From Malacoraja senta (taxonomy: Eukaryota), in the NCBI GenBank assembly GCA_038087875.1, contig CM075988.1, forward strand, positions 17,052,001-17,116,000: a stretch of 64,000 nt of DNA, given 5' to 3'. The position numbers and the translations under genes are program-made. Shown piece by piece: positions 1 through 12,373 of the stretch; within the stretch, counting starts at the first letter, position 1; each line of letters opens with the position of its first letter. The notes beneath the pieces were generated by a model that was not told the origin of the DNA, did not search any database, and saw nothing but the letters and a program-made list of their open reading frames with translations.

Positions 1-635
1 TTAAAATGACTTGATTACGCCTCATTCTAACTTCCTAATTTGGTTCATCTTCATTCCTAAAGACTGCCCAATGAGACTCAACTGTCATCTATTTAACATA
101 TGGTGTGAACAATGCTGATTGTCAGAAACATAGTCTTAGGGCATGAAAGAATAGAATGATGTTAACTCAATATCCAAGCATGTTATTACTGCAAATTGGT
201 ACAGGCTCACTAAAATATCAAAATATGTGCCAACTTCCTGGAAATATTATCCTTTAGTTGATGCGGGAGAAAAACCTGTTGGTTGAATAGTTAATATGGC
301 ATGTAGATACTGGCAATGGATAGTTGACGCTAGGTTCTCCCTCTGACAAAGTACGCAAAAGGGGGAAAATTCAAACTTTCCAACTATATTGATTGATGAT
401 TGATTTATTCGTGTGAATTTTATTTAACTGTTTAAATATAAATTCTCCAGCTGTCAATATGGGATTCAAAACTCTTGTCTCTGGATGATTAGTCAAGGCC
501 TCTGAATGTTCGGCCATTCATTTAACTACCATGCACCTCCAGTGTATACTATTAACCTTTTCATCATGCCAGAATGAAATAGTGTAAATTAAACAGGAAA
601 AAATAACATACAAATATTGTATATTTTGCACATAC

Positions 636-697
636 TTATCCACGCTGACTTGTTCATCCTCAGTTTTGGGAATGGGAGAGCTACTGTGATTCGGGTA
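636..697 (-). CDS. CEP164: CEP164 exon, 62 nt, phase 0-2: YPNHSSSPIPKTEDEQVSVD
   Basis: Acceptor ctctgcag|TAC, donor AA|gtatgt; phase fits the preceding exon. Confidence 0.7.
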
Positions 698-1491
698 CTG
701 CAGAGTTAAACATAAATGAAAGGTAATCATTGTGCTTTAAAATTCGAGTAAATATTAATCAACTTGCAATTCAGCCAAATCAAAATAGGTGCTTTCCTGA
801 AACACTAAAAGTAAATGGTTGATTTTGATAAACTAAGGATGAAGAAAGAACATTTTACCAGTTTGTTCATTTGTAATGATCAGCAGAAATAGAACACCTA
901 ATAAAGTTGAGAACAAACTGCTGCAGGAACTCCAGTGGATGTGTTTTGCCATACCTGTGCCTTTTATTAAAAAGATGGAACCAGGCCCTTCAGCCCACCA
1001 AGTCCGCATAGACCATTAATCAGTGGAAGGAAATGGACAGACAAGCTTTGGGTTCCAGCATCTGCAGCCTCTGGTGTCTCCACCTCACAGTTATTTATTA
1101 TCCCAGTGTACAATTCCATAATTCTTCCAGGTTATCTAATTAGCTGGTGTACAAATTGATTAATACAATGCGGTTTATTTCTTTTCTGTTTAACTGTATT
1201 ATTTGCAGCATAAAGCTGCTCAAACTTGAGGAAAATCGACATTAATAAGACAATGTTACCCGGCAGTCCCTAAATGTGGATGATCTGGAAAATGTTAGAT
1301 GTTTCATAGTGAAGGGGGAATGGTTCTGTTTTTAACATCAGGGAAACGTTGCAGCAGCTTTGTCTCATCTCTGGCTGGAGTGCATGAAGCAGAAAGAGGC
1401 ACTGAGGGTGGAAATGCTTTAAGTTCCTGCAAGGACATTCTTGAAATGGAAAATAAAATGTAAATGCTGAAAATCAGAAATAAGAGGAGAA

Positions 1492-1797
1492 AACAGTGGA
1501 GCAGTTGGTGGAGCTGCTGCCTCACAGCGTCAGGGACCCGGGTTCGATCCTGACCTTGGGTGCTATTTGTGTACAGTTTGCAGGTTCTGCTGAGACCATG
1601 TGGGTTTTCGCCAGGTGCTCCAGATTCCTCCCACATTCCAAATACGTGTAGGTTAATTAGCTTCTGCAAATTGTCCCAAATGTGTAGAGAGTGGATGTGA
1701 AAGTGGGATATCATACAACTAGTGTGAACGAATGATCAATGGTCTATGTGGATTTGGTGGGCTGAAGGGCCCGTTTCCATGCAGTATCCTTCAATCA
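1492..1797 (+). mobile_element. tRNA-derived V-SINE (HE1-like)
   Basis: tRNA-like head with B-box GGTTCGATCC, V-domain-like core, LINE-derived tail. Confidence 0.75.
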
Positions 1798-2254
1798 AAA
1801 GCGCAGGAAAAACGGAACACATTCTCATCTATAAAGATCTGATATATGTTTTTTTTAAATCACATTTTTAATTAATGATTCTACCATGAAATATTATTGC
1901 ACATCTCTATCTGGAATCTGGTGGATTTGCTTTTTGCAATAGCTCCTCTTTTTGGTAGAAAATAGCACTTGTCAAACAAAAGACACAAATAATCTGGTCT
2001 GTTAAGATAATTAAACTTGACATTAAAAATTCAATGTGGAAGACCAAATCTCAACAAAACAATGGTGTGTAACCATTTTGCTTTAATTTTAGTACAAACC
2101 AAAAGGTTTGGAGAAATTTGATGCACCTTTTTAGCTTGAGAAAGATGATGTCTAAGGGAGATATAACAATAGGCTTAGGGATCCTAATTGTTGACGAACA
2201 TTTTTGGCAAAGTACAGACTGAGAAAGGTCATATTTGCTTTCAATTTTACTCAC

Positions 2255-2372
2255 TTCCTTCTTTAAATCCTCAATGTGAAGTTCGTCCCCTTCTACGCCA
2301 CCGGAGGCTCCATTGATTACAGGTTTTTCATTTAAGGTATTTTGCTTCTTTTTAATTGTAACCTCCAATTCA
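2255..2372 (-). CDS. CEP164: CEP164 exon, 118 nt, phase 2-0: ELEVTIKKKQNTLNE...ELHIEDLKKE
   Basis: Acceptor tcttttag|T, donor GAA|gtgagt; LHIEDL motif. Confidence 0.82.
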
Positions 2373-2904
2373 CTAAAAGAGAACGACTTGTCAGACAATG
2401 ACACTACGGCAGACATTCACAAGCATCTTTAGTTGTACCTCACTTTAGAAAGACTGCGTTCTCTTGCTGGGCCCCATTCTCCATTGATTCTCCAAATATA
2501 AATATTAAATAAACATTATGGTTTTATGATTTTGCACCCCTCCCCTTCTATCTTTGCTCAAATACCACCTATCGGGGAGTGGCATCTCCAAGTTGAAAAC
2601 ATGTGTGTTAAACAAAATTAATCCATGCCATTCATGCAGCTGTTACACATTGGATGGGAAGTAGGTCATATAATGGCTTTGTAATTAATTAATTAATCAT
2701 GCCAAGGTCTTGACATGATGATGCTGGAGGCATTATTATTATTTGTCATTATTTGAAGAGGCAAAGGCAATCTTGGCAACCACCCCTCCGCCTATGACGT
2801 CTGATAACTAGCTATCTGTCTCTTGGCTGCTAATGGAACTTATGGTGAAGCAGTAGCTGCATTTCCTTCAGAACAATGACTAAAACTCAGATCAAGTTAT
2901 TGTA

Positions 2905-3365
2905 TTTAGTTTAGTTAGAGACACAGCATGGAAACCCGTACACTAGCATAATCCCACACGCTAGGGACAATGTAAAATGTTTTACCAACGGCAATTAACA
3001 AATCTGTACGTCTTTGGAGTGTGGGAGGAAACCGGAGCACACGTAGAAAACCCACACGGTCACAGAGAGAACGTACAAACTCCAAACAGACAGCACGAGT
3101 AGTCAGGTTCGAACAGAGGTCTCTGGTGCTGTAAGACAGCAACTCTACCGCTGCGCCACTATGCTGTCCCACTGAGTCCACGCCAACCAACAATCATCCC
3201 GTTCACAATAGATCTGTGTAACCCACTTTCTCATCCACTCCCTACACATTATGGGCAATTTACAGAGGCCAATCAACCTACAAACCCGCACTTATTTGGG
3301 ATGTGGGAGGAAACTGGAGCACCCAGGGGAAACCAACACGGTCACAGAGAGAACGAGCAAGTTTC
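2905..3365 (-). mobile_element. Two adjacent V-SINE (HE1-like) copies, the second partial
   Basis: Reverse complement of the V-domain (TGTGGGAGGAAACCGGAGCAC...) appears twice; (TTTAG)n tail at about 2905. Confidence 0.7.
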
Positions 3366-3520
3366 ACTGGGAGCATCCAAGGTTATTTCACTGGGAGCAT
3401 CCACCATTTGTTTTGTTGATGCATCGCAAAGTTCTCAGACTTCACACATTGTATGTTATGTGCAACCCCTACATTGTCTCCTCAGAATCCCTTCAAGTCA
3501 GGTGAGCAACAACACGATAC

Positions 3521-3705
3521 CTGATTCTATTCTGGAGTCGCTGACTTTCATTTCTGAGTGTGTCGACCTCTGTTTGCAGTTCCACCTGTTGGCCCTGTAG
3601 CTTGTCCAAGTTCTGGAGGGACAGGCGAATTGAATCTTGCAAAGTGGACTGCTCTTGTTTTGCTTTTTCTACTTCGTGTTTACTTGGTTGAGAAATCATT
3701 ATTTT
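3521..3705 (-). CDS. CEP164: CEP164 exon, 185 nt, phase 0-2: KIMISQPSKHEVEK...SQRLQNRI
   Basis: Inside ORF 3493..3732; acceptor ttttacag|AAA, donor CAG|gtatcg. Confidence 0.88.
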
Positions 3706-4975
3706 CTGTAAAAATGAATTAAAATAATTCATATGAAGTCAAGTTACTGGCTGCCCTGTTTCAGTGATCATTTCCTAAGGAATTAAAGCTCATAGTTAAG
3801 ACTCATCTAGACTATATATTTACTGGAGATGTTGAAATTTTGCATGGAACTCAATGTGCTTGAGCAACGGATCAAGTCAGGCAGCATCTATGGAGAACAC
3901 CATTACCTCCCTCCCCCTCCCACCCCCCCCCCCACCCTTCCACCTATATTTTCCATTCATTCATCTGTTACATATCTCAAAAATATTTGGATGGGAAGTA
4001 GGTCATATAATGGCTTTGTAATTAATTAATTATGCTGAGGTCTTGACATGATCGTGCTGGAGGCTTTCACTTTCCTTCTCTCCTTATCTGACAATCTCAT
4101 GTCTCCTTGACCCCTTTTTGTCTCCTTTTCATCTCTAGTCTTTAGCCACCCATTTGCCAATCCAATTCCCCCTCATCTGTATCTATCCATCCATCACTTG
4201 CCAGGCTTTGTCCCGCCCCCTTCTCTTTTCCAGCTTACTACTCCCTCCTAAGATCAGTCTGAAGAGGAGTGCACAAAACCAAAACGTTGCCTCTCCGTAT
4301 CCTCCACAGATGCTCCCTGACTCTCTCAGTTACTCCAGCACCTTGTGTTCTATACGGCAACAGTATTTATTTACTTTACATCCCGGCTGAATTTTTTAAG
4401 AACATACACGACTAAACATTTTGGGGAAGATGGGGAAGGAAATTGTAACTGGCAATTCCTCAAAAGCAGAAGCCACATTAAAATGAACAGCTGGATCCGT
4501 ACCCAACAGTCAGCCAGAACGAGAGGCTGACCAACACTGGGAGGCGAAGCTAGGGGAGGACAACAATTCTGGGGGTCATCATAAGTACATGGAGGAGAAT
4601 GGGACATGAAGATTTATGTGTGTGTGTCCGCAAGGAGGGAGGTGGCTTGTTCACAGCAGAAGATTTGTTAGGAGCTGGTGCAGGACTCTTGCTTCCCTCA
4701 CCAACCCTTGATCAAGAATCTCCCATCTTAGTCTAGTTTTAGATTTAAGTCGCGTGTACCGAGATACAGTGAAAAGCTCAGATTTATTCCTTTAGCTGCT
4801 CACTTCCCAAGTCTTGGCATAAAAAATAACTTCAATCACTACAATGGGGTCAGTTGTTTTCTTTCAGCAACCAAACCTAGCAACCCCTTCCACCCTTTCA
4901 TCATTTCCTCAAATGATACTAAAAAGGAAACAAATGGTATAGGTGCATGCCAGGCCATATAGAGAGGGAAAGTTC

Positions 4976-5278
4976 AAAAGGACACAAAGTGCTGGAGTAA
5001 CTCAGCAGGTCAGGCAGCAAATCTGGAGGACATGGATAAGTGACCTTTCAGGTCGAGACCCTTCTTGACCTGCTCAGTTACTCCAGCACTCTTGTGTCCT
5101 TTTGTGTATTAACCAGCATCTGCAGACCCTTCCTTCTACAGAAAGAGAAAGTAAATGGTTTTGTGAAAGATTTCATCCAGAATCGCATGTAGACAAAAAT
5201 GCTGGAGAAACCCAGCGGGTGAGGCAGCATCTATGGAGCGAAGGAATAGGTGATGTTTCGGGTCGAGACCCTCCTTCA
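4976..5278. mobile_element. Two short Penelope-derived repeats, one foldback and one half-unit
   Basis: TGCTGGAGTAACTCAGC...GCAGCATC...GTTTCGGGTCGAGACCC motif and its inverted copy. Confidence 0.7.
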
Positions 5279-5340
5279 TCCAGAATTGCATTCACCATGT
5301 TTTATCAGTGCGCATACCATTGGGCAAGGTGAGCACTTAC

Positions 5341-5409
5341 AGCTTGGTCTCTCTGCAGCTCATCTTCCTCTGCACAGAGCTGTTGCTTCCTCAGTTTCAA
5401 TGACATTTC
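5341..5409 (-). CDS. CEP164: CEP164 exon, 69 nt, phase 0-0: EMSLKLRKQQLCAEEDELQRDQA
   Basis: Acceptor catttcag|GAA, donor GCT|gtaagt. Confidence 0.85.
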
Positions 5410-6888
5410 CTGAAATGTACAAGAAACAATGTGTGTCACAAAGGTAACCTGATGGATTTAAGTCTCATGGGATGCTGCACTACTGCTGTATTATTTTTTA
5501 CTAAGGGTTATTGAAACAAGGGGTGCGTTTCCACATGTAGTTTGTTGACATTCAACACAACCTATTATTTCATGGGACAAAAGATCTATTCTGGATGGAT
5601 GAATTAAAAATGATATCCCTTGTTTGTAATTGTCTTGTGCGGGTTTAACCCAATGTTTATTTGAAAAAACGGAGTTTATATTACAGATGGCTAACTCAGC
5701 AGAACTAACCAGTACTGATACAAGCAGGGAAGGGGAGGTGCCTGCAATTATTGAATTCTATATTAAGACTTCTCTGTTAAAGGAAATAGATCCTTTGTCT
5801 TTCTGGGTACATAATTTTACATTTCAATTAAACCCAATTGTAATCTTTTCTGACCCAAAGAAGAATTCTTTGTCTATCTAGTCCTTCTGAACAGTTAAAA
5901 TACTTCACTCCTGGAAAAATCTTTGTAAACCTCTGAACCATGTATTTAAAAAAAAAAGAGGTTGCATGCATACTTCCTGCAGTGTGGAGTCCGACTTACA
6001 TGCAATGCTAAAGCTGTAGACTAAGGTTTAAAAAAACAACTAACAAACGATGCCTGTGCTTATACACAATACTTAGTTAAGAGTATAATGTTTTATTAGT
6101 CATTTTTAACCATCCTCTCAATCGCTCTGGTACCTTCAGCGATCTATGGTGTTTGAACTCCAGGTTCGTAAGTACACCTAGATTTCATGTATTATTTTAT
6201 GTTATTTTATGTTCCCTTGTTGTCTTTATATATACTGTGAGCTACTTCTATAGCTCACGGTATATGTTGTAAGCCAGTCTAATTGTAGCCATGTTTGAAA
6301 GAGTTTTGTAATATTTTATTCTTAGCAGATGCTCCCATTTTCCCTTTGGCAGTGTGTTCTGTAATGGAGAATATCAAGAACTATTTTTGGTGCTGTGTTA
6401 GTCTGGACTAGTGACAATTGCCTACCGTGCTTCAGACAAGGATCAGGAGCTTCCCAACTCTAACTATTTTGATAGAATTTCTGTATTTGCTTCTTACAAT
6501 GGTGTTCTGTTCCAACCATATACTCGAGTTTTAGATCCATGCTTGGTTTTAATCCATTTAATCTTCTTTTGGCATTTCACTTCTTTCAGTTTTGTTATTT
6601 AATCATTCCTGGTCTCCATAGACCTCACCTTCCCAATGTTTTCCTGATTCTGCATTTGCTTAAAAGCTGTTCATCTCCATAATCTTCCAATCACTAGTGA
6701 AGATTACTCTTGCTCTCTCTTTCTCTAATCTTGCCAAAACTATTGAGTGTCCCTGACATTTTGTATTTTAATTTCAGAAACAGTTCCAGTCCTTTCCTGG
6801 AATAATGACTAAAGTTACGCGACTCGTCCAACATATACATTTTCTGAAACATTTTTATTCAAGTAAGAATAACACTGCAAATGTTGTG

Positions 6889-7111
6889 TAGAAAGGATCT
6901 GCAGATGCTGGTTTATACCAAAGATAGACACAAAGTGCTGGTGTAACTCAGCGTGTCAGGCAGCATCTCTGGAGAAAAAGGATGTGTGACATTTTGGGAC
7001 AGGACAATTCATCAGTTTGAAGAAGGGTCCAGACCTGAAACGTCACCCATCCTTTTCCTCCAGAGGTGTTGCCTGACCCGCTGAGTTACTCCAGCACTTT
7101 GTGTCTATCTT
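6889..7111. mobile_element. Foldback Penelope-derived repeat with 16-bp target-site duplication
   Basis: Inverted arms of about 90 bp; flanked by CACTGCAAATGTTGTG at 6873-6888 and 7112-7127. Confidence 0.8.
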
Positions 7112-7304
7112 CACTGCAAATGTTGTGGCAGATTAATAGGTCAGAAGAGATTGCAATGTCAATAATGATTCAACACACAAACAAATTAATTGTTTTGGTA
7201 TTTTTCAAAAGCTAAATTCTGTAGCTTTGAAATAGAAAACCTGCCACGTTGAGACTGAATTAGCTCTTGTTCTCTCCATGTTGTGCGGCACCAAGTTCAC
7301 CTAC

Positions 7305-7388
7305 CTGATTTTGCAGCAGATTGCACTTGGCTTTCAGTTCTTTGCCTCTCATCTCCAGCTGCTCCTCGGACTTCTGAACCTTTGATTC
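7305..7388 (-). CDS. CEP164: CEP164 exon, 84 nt, phase 0-0: ESKVQKSEEQLEMRGKELKAKCNLLQNQ
   Basis: Acceptor cctgtag|GAA, donor CAG|gtaggt. Confidence 0.88.
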
Positions 7389-7724
7389 CTACAGGTGCAT
7401 GGATACATTATGAATGTGGTTCGTGTGCAAATAAACTTAAGTACCAACCTATTTTCTATTGCTGATCGGAAAGATCTTTAGCACTGAAATTGCTGCAATT
7501 TTATTTAGAACTGTTCTAAAGTAGAAAAATTCATGTAACTCCTTATAAATATGTCAGTGGGTAAAGCTAGATTCACTTCTACATTTTAAGTTCCTAAATA
7601 ACTTTTTGTTTGGAATTATTTTTCATCTATAACAATATAAAGCATTGAAAAAATAAAAATGACATTCCAAAGATGATTGCATTTGGAGTTTAGTGTGCAG
7701 TTCTAGTCAGCTCATTATAAGAAG

Positions 7725-10700
7725 TGTTAATTCTGGCTAAATTGGAGGAGCTAGGACTTTAAAATGGGGTTAAGTTTCAGCTTAGATACAATTTGCAAGC
7801 AAAGAATGGGAAGCTCTGCAAACCCTGTCAATCTGGTGCAAAATGCATAGAATGGATTGGATGGCTGCAAACCAGACATACACCTTGTAAATAATTGTAA
7901 ATAATGTTGCAGAGTTTGACTTTGCCAAGTGTTGATTGGATGAGGTGTTGAGCCTTGACTGGGTTCTCTGTAAATCAGGGTAAATGTTTCCAAGTTGACT
8001 TTCTCTCGAAGTCCGTTTTGAATACAATGTATTAAACTGTTGTATCATAGAAACATAGAAACATAGAAATTAGGTGCAGGAGTAGGCCATTCGGCCCTTC
8101 GAGCCTGCACCGCCATTCAATATGATCATGGCTGATCATCCAACTCAGTATCCCGTACCTGCCTTCTCTCCATACCCTCTGATCCCTTTAGCCACAAGGG
8201 CCACATCTAGCTCCCTCTTAAATATAGCCAATGAACTGGCCTCGACTACCCTCTGTGGCAGAGAGTTCCAGAGATTCACCACTCTCTGTGTGAAAAAAGT
8301 TCTTCTCATCTCGGTTTTAAAGGATTTCCCCCTTATCCTTAAGCTGTGACCCCTTGTCCTGGACTTCCCCAACATCGGGAGCAATCTTCCTGCATCTAGC
8401 CTGTCCAACCCCTTAAGAATTTTGTAAGTTTCTATAAGATCCCCTCTCAATCTCCTAAATTCTAGAGAGTATAAACCAAGTCTATCCAGTCTTTCTTCAT
8501 AAGACAGTCCTGACATCCCAGGAATCAGTCTGGTGAACCTTCTCTGCACTCCCTCTATGGCAATAATGTCCTTCCTCAGATTTGGAGACCAAAACTGTAC
8601 GCAATACTCCAGGTGTGGTCTCACCAAGACCCTGTACAACTGCAGTAGAACCTCCCTGCTCCTATACTCAAATCCTTTTGCTATGAAAGCTAACATACCA
8701 TTCGCTTTCTTCACTGCCTGCTGCACCTGCATGCCTACTTTCAATGACTGGTGTACCATGACACCCAGGTCTCGCTGCATCTCCCCTTTTCCTAGTCGGC
8801 CACCATTTAGAAAATAGTCTGCTTTCCTGTTTTTGCCACCAAAATGGATAACCTCACATTTATCCACATTATACTGCATCTGCCACACATTTGCCCACTC
8901 ACCCAGCCTATCCAAGTCACCTTACAGTCTCCTAGCATCCTCCTCACAGCTAACACTGCCCCCCAGCTTAGTGTCATCCGCAAACTTGGAGATATTGCCT
9001 TCAATTCCCTCATCCAGGTCATTAATATATATTGTAAATAGCTGGGGTCCCAGCACTGAGCCTTGCGGTACCCCACTAGTCACTGCCTGCCATTGTGAAA
9101 AGGACCCGTTTACTCCTACTCTTTGCTTCCTGTTTGCCAGCCAGTTCTCTATCCACATCAATACTGAACCCCCAATGCCATGTGCTTTAAGTTTGTATAC
9201 TAATCTCTTATGTGGGACCTTGTCGAAAGCCTTCTGGAAGTCCAGATACACCACATCCACTGGTTCTCCCCTATCCACGCTACTAGTTACATCCTCGAAA
9301 AATTCTATAAGATTCGTCAGACATGATTTACCTTTCGTAAATCCATGCTGACTTTGTCCAATGATTTCACCACTTTCCAAATGTGCTGCTATCCCATCTT
9401 TAATAACTGACTCTAGCAGTTTCCCCACTACCGATGTTAGACTAACTGGTCTGTAATTCCCCGTTTTCTCTCTCCCTCCCTTCTTAAAAAGTGGGGTTAC
9501 GTTTGCTACCCGCCAATCCTCAGGAACTACTCCAGAATCTAAAGAATTTTGAAAGATTATTACTAATGCATCCACTATTTCTGGAGCTACTTCCTTAAGT
9601 ACTCTGGGATGCAGCCTATCTGGCCCTGGGGATTTATCGGCCTTTAATCCATTCAATTTACCCAAAACCACTTCCCGACTAACCTGGATTTCACTCAATT
9701 CCTCCAACTCCTTTGACCCGCGGTCCCCTGCTATTTCCGGCAGATTATTTATGTCTTCCTTAGTGAAGACGGAACCAAAGTAGTTATTCAATTGGTCCGC
9801 CATATCCTTGTTCCCCATGATCAACTCACCTGTTTCTCACTGCAAGGGACCTACATTTGTTTTAACTAATCTCTTTCTTTTTACATATTTATAAAAACTT
9901 TTGCAGTCAGTTTTTATGTTCCCTGCCAGTTTTCTTTCATAATCTATTTTTCCTTTCCTAATTAAGCCCTTTGTCCTCCTCTGCTGGTCTCTGAATTTCT
10001 CCCAGTCCTCTGGTATGCTGCTTTTTCTGGCTAATTTGTACGCATCATCTTTCGCTTTGATACCATCCCTGATTTCCCTTGTTATCCACGGATGCACTAC
10101 CTTCCCTGATTTATTCTTTTGCCAAACTGGGATGAACAATTTTTGTAGTTCATCCATGCAGTCTTTAAATGTCTTCCATTGCATGTCCACCGTCAACCCT
10201 TTTAAAATTAATTGCCAGTCAATCATGGCCAATTCATGTCTCATACCCTCAAAGTTACCTTTCTTTAAGTTCAGAACCATTGTTTCTGAATTAACAATGT
10301 CACTCTCCATCCTAATGAAGAACTCAACCATATTATGGTCACTCTTGCCCAAGGGGGCACGTACAACAAGACTGCTAACTAACCCTTCCTCATTACTCAA
10401 TACCCAGTCTAAAATAGCCTGCTCTCTCGTTGGTTCCTCTACATGTTGATTTAGATAACTATCCCGCATACATTCCAAGAAATCCTCTTCCTCAGCACCC
10501 CTGCCAATTTGATTCACCCAATCTATATGTAGATTGAAGTCACCCATTATAACTGTTTTGCCTTTGTCGCACGCATTTCTAATTTCCTGTTTGATGCCAT
10601 CCCCAACTTCACTACTACTGCTAGGTGGCCTGTACACAACACCCACCAGCGTTTTCTGCCCCTTAGTGTTTCGCAGCTCTACCCATACCGATTCCACATC

Positions 10701-11093
10701 CTCCAAGCTAATGTCCTTCCTTTCCACTGCGTTAATTAGGTATCATTAGGTTAGGGGAATGCCTGTTATGTATGAGGTTAATCGATATCTGTAATTGGGT
10801 TACTGAGAGACCCCTCGAGGTCCCGGGACATATAAAAGTCCTCGATCACGAGGCTCAGCGTCGATCTTCTGGGAGAGCACTTGGGACTGTGTGAACTTCT
10901 GGAGTGCCTTTGTCTGAGCAAGGCCTAGAGGGCTTGAACAGGCAGACGCGAGTATCGAACCCGCGGTGGGATAGGTACAATGTGTGATCTGTGACGCGCT
11001 TTTGGTAAAATAAAATTTAGTTGTTTCAAGTGCTTGATTCAGTGTTTTTACTGAAACTAGACTGGGGGGAAGCTTAGAAACGAGCAATTATCA
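7725..11093 (+). mobile_element. Solo LTR, about 670 bp (7725-8048 and 10747-11093), interrupted by a CR1
   Basis: TGTTAATT...AATTATCA termini; 4-bp TSD GAAG (7721-24 and 11094-97); ATTGG at 10794, TATAAAA at 10831, AATAAA at 11009. Confidence 0.75.
8049..10739 (-). mobile_element. 5'-truncated CR1 LINE (partial EN plus RT ORF2, two in-frame stops)
   Basis: Three ORFs in one frame (9837..10727, 8922..9824, 8145..8915) with QGSVLGP and FADD motifs; TGA at 9837-39, TAA at 8922-24; (TTTCTATG)n tail; TSD GTATCAT at 8042-48 and 10740-46. Confidence 0.93.
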
Positions 11094-11815
11094 GAAGGAT
11101 GTGGAGAATTTGGAAAGGATGAAAAGGAGGTGTACCAGACTAATGCCTGGATTAGGGGCTATCAGCTACAGGGAGGGGTGGCATGGACATGGATTGTTTA
11201 TTCTAGAATGCCGGAAGTTGTGGGGAGATTTGGTAGAAGTATATAAAATTGAGAGGTATAGATCGGGTAGACATTCAGAACTTACATCCCAGGACAGAAA
11301 TATCAAATACTAGAGGTCATAGCTTTAAGGTGAGAGGTGCAAAGTTTAAAGGAAATGTGCATGACAAGCTGTTTCTTTTCATACAGAGGAGTGAGTGGCT
11401 GGAATGTGCTGCCTGTTATGTTTGGTATACTTGTAGGTATGGTATATATGATCTGTTTGGATAGCATGTAAATCAAAGCTTTTCACTGTACCTTGCTACT
11501 TCTTACTGTACCTCTAAATCTATGTTCAATGCAAGTTTGCCACATGCAATTGAGGACCAGTCTACCCAAGTGCTCTGAGGTGCAACTATCGATTAAGCTT
11601 CTTGATGAATATCTGAAACAAGTCTAATACACAGGCTGCTCTTAGCTTAACAATGTTGTTCATTTGAATCATTCTTCACATAGCTCCTTAAGTGGGTAAC
11701 AAAGTTAGTGAGAAGTGTATTATCGTTCTGACCCTCAGGGGAGTGATCAAGTTGTCTGCACTTTTCGTTCAGCTGGTATTTTGCAATCATTCAGATTAGC
11801 GGCTTTCATGCTTAC

Positions 11816-11959
11816 TTTTTTTCCATACGACTTTCTCAACTCACTGAGTCGCCTCTCCAGCTCCTGGCGAAGATCTGAAATCTCCCGCTCGTGAAACTTA
11901 GTCAGACGTTCGTGCTCTTCCTGCACCTGCCTTAGAAGGTTACTTCTCTGCTCTTGCTC
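11816..11959 (-). CDS. CEP164: CEP164 exon, 144 nt, phase 0-0: EQEQRSNLLRQVQEEHERL...RKSYGKK
   Basis: Inside ORF 11747..12031; acceptor ttgttcag|GAG, donor AAA|gtaagc. Confidence 0.9.
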
Positions 11960-12373
11960 CTGAACAATGCCAATGAACACACTTGTCAGGCCAACCAAAG
12001 TAATGGATATGGAAACATATAGCATCGTCATTTACAATTTTATGTTGAAAATGGATTTAAGCACGATGGAATGAGACTGGGACATATTAGATCATAAACT
12101 GCCTGCTGCTCTTCAACTGTTTGTAGCACGTTTAATCCGATTTCATGAAGCTCAGCTATTTTCTGCTGCGTTCTCCAAACCTCATATCACCGACAGTAAG
12201 ATAAGCAGCAAATAAAGAACAATACTACTTGCTCAACATCATTTACTTCGCTGGACCCTTACTCTCAATCTAATTTGTAAACGAGCAAATCCCACGCAAA
12301 TTAAACATTTTATAAACAGGATTAAAACGCGATTCAAATTGGGTATTTATGCTGCAAGTGAACATTTTCTCAC

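Larger units (their letters stand above)
7683..11415 (+). mobile_element. Old degenerate CR1 3' fragment (7683-7724 and 11094-~11415), split by an LTR insertion
   Basis: TTGGAGTTTAGTGTGCAGTTCT...AAGAAG rejoins GAAGGATGTGGAG; degenerate RT C-terminus (RCTRLMPG, RGHSFKVRG). Confidence 0.7.

Noticed and set aside
2051..2254. Extension of the exon past the donor at 2255 along ORF 2051..2416
   Set aside because: A strong GTGAGT donor at 2254 is in phase with exon 697; the read-through is probably intronic.
8122..10749. Plus-strand ORFs over the CR1, mirrored by minus-strand ORFs at 27863-30637
   Set aside because: Antisense shadows of the RT ORF, repeated only because the elements are near-identical.
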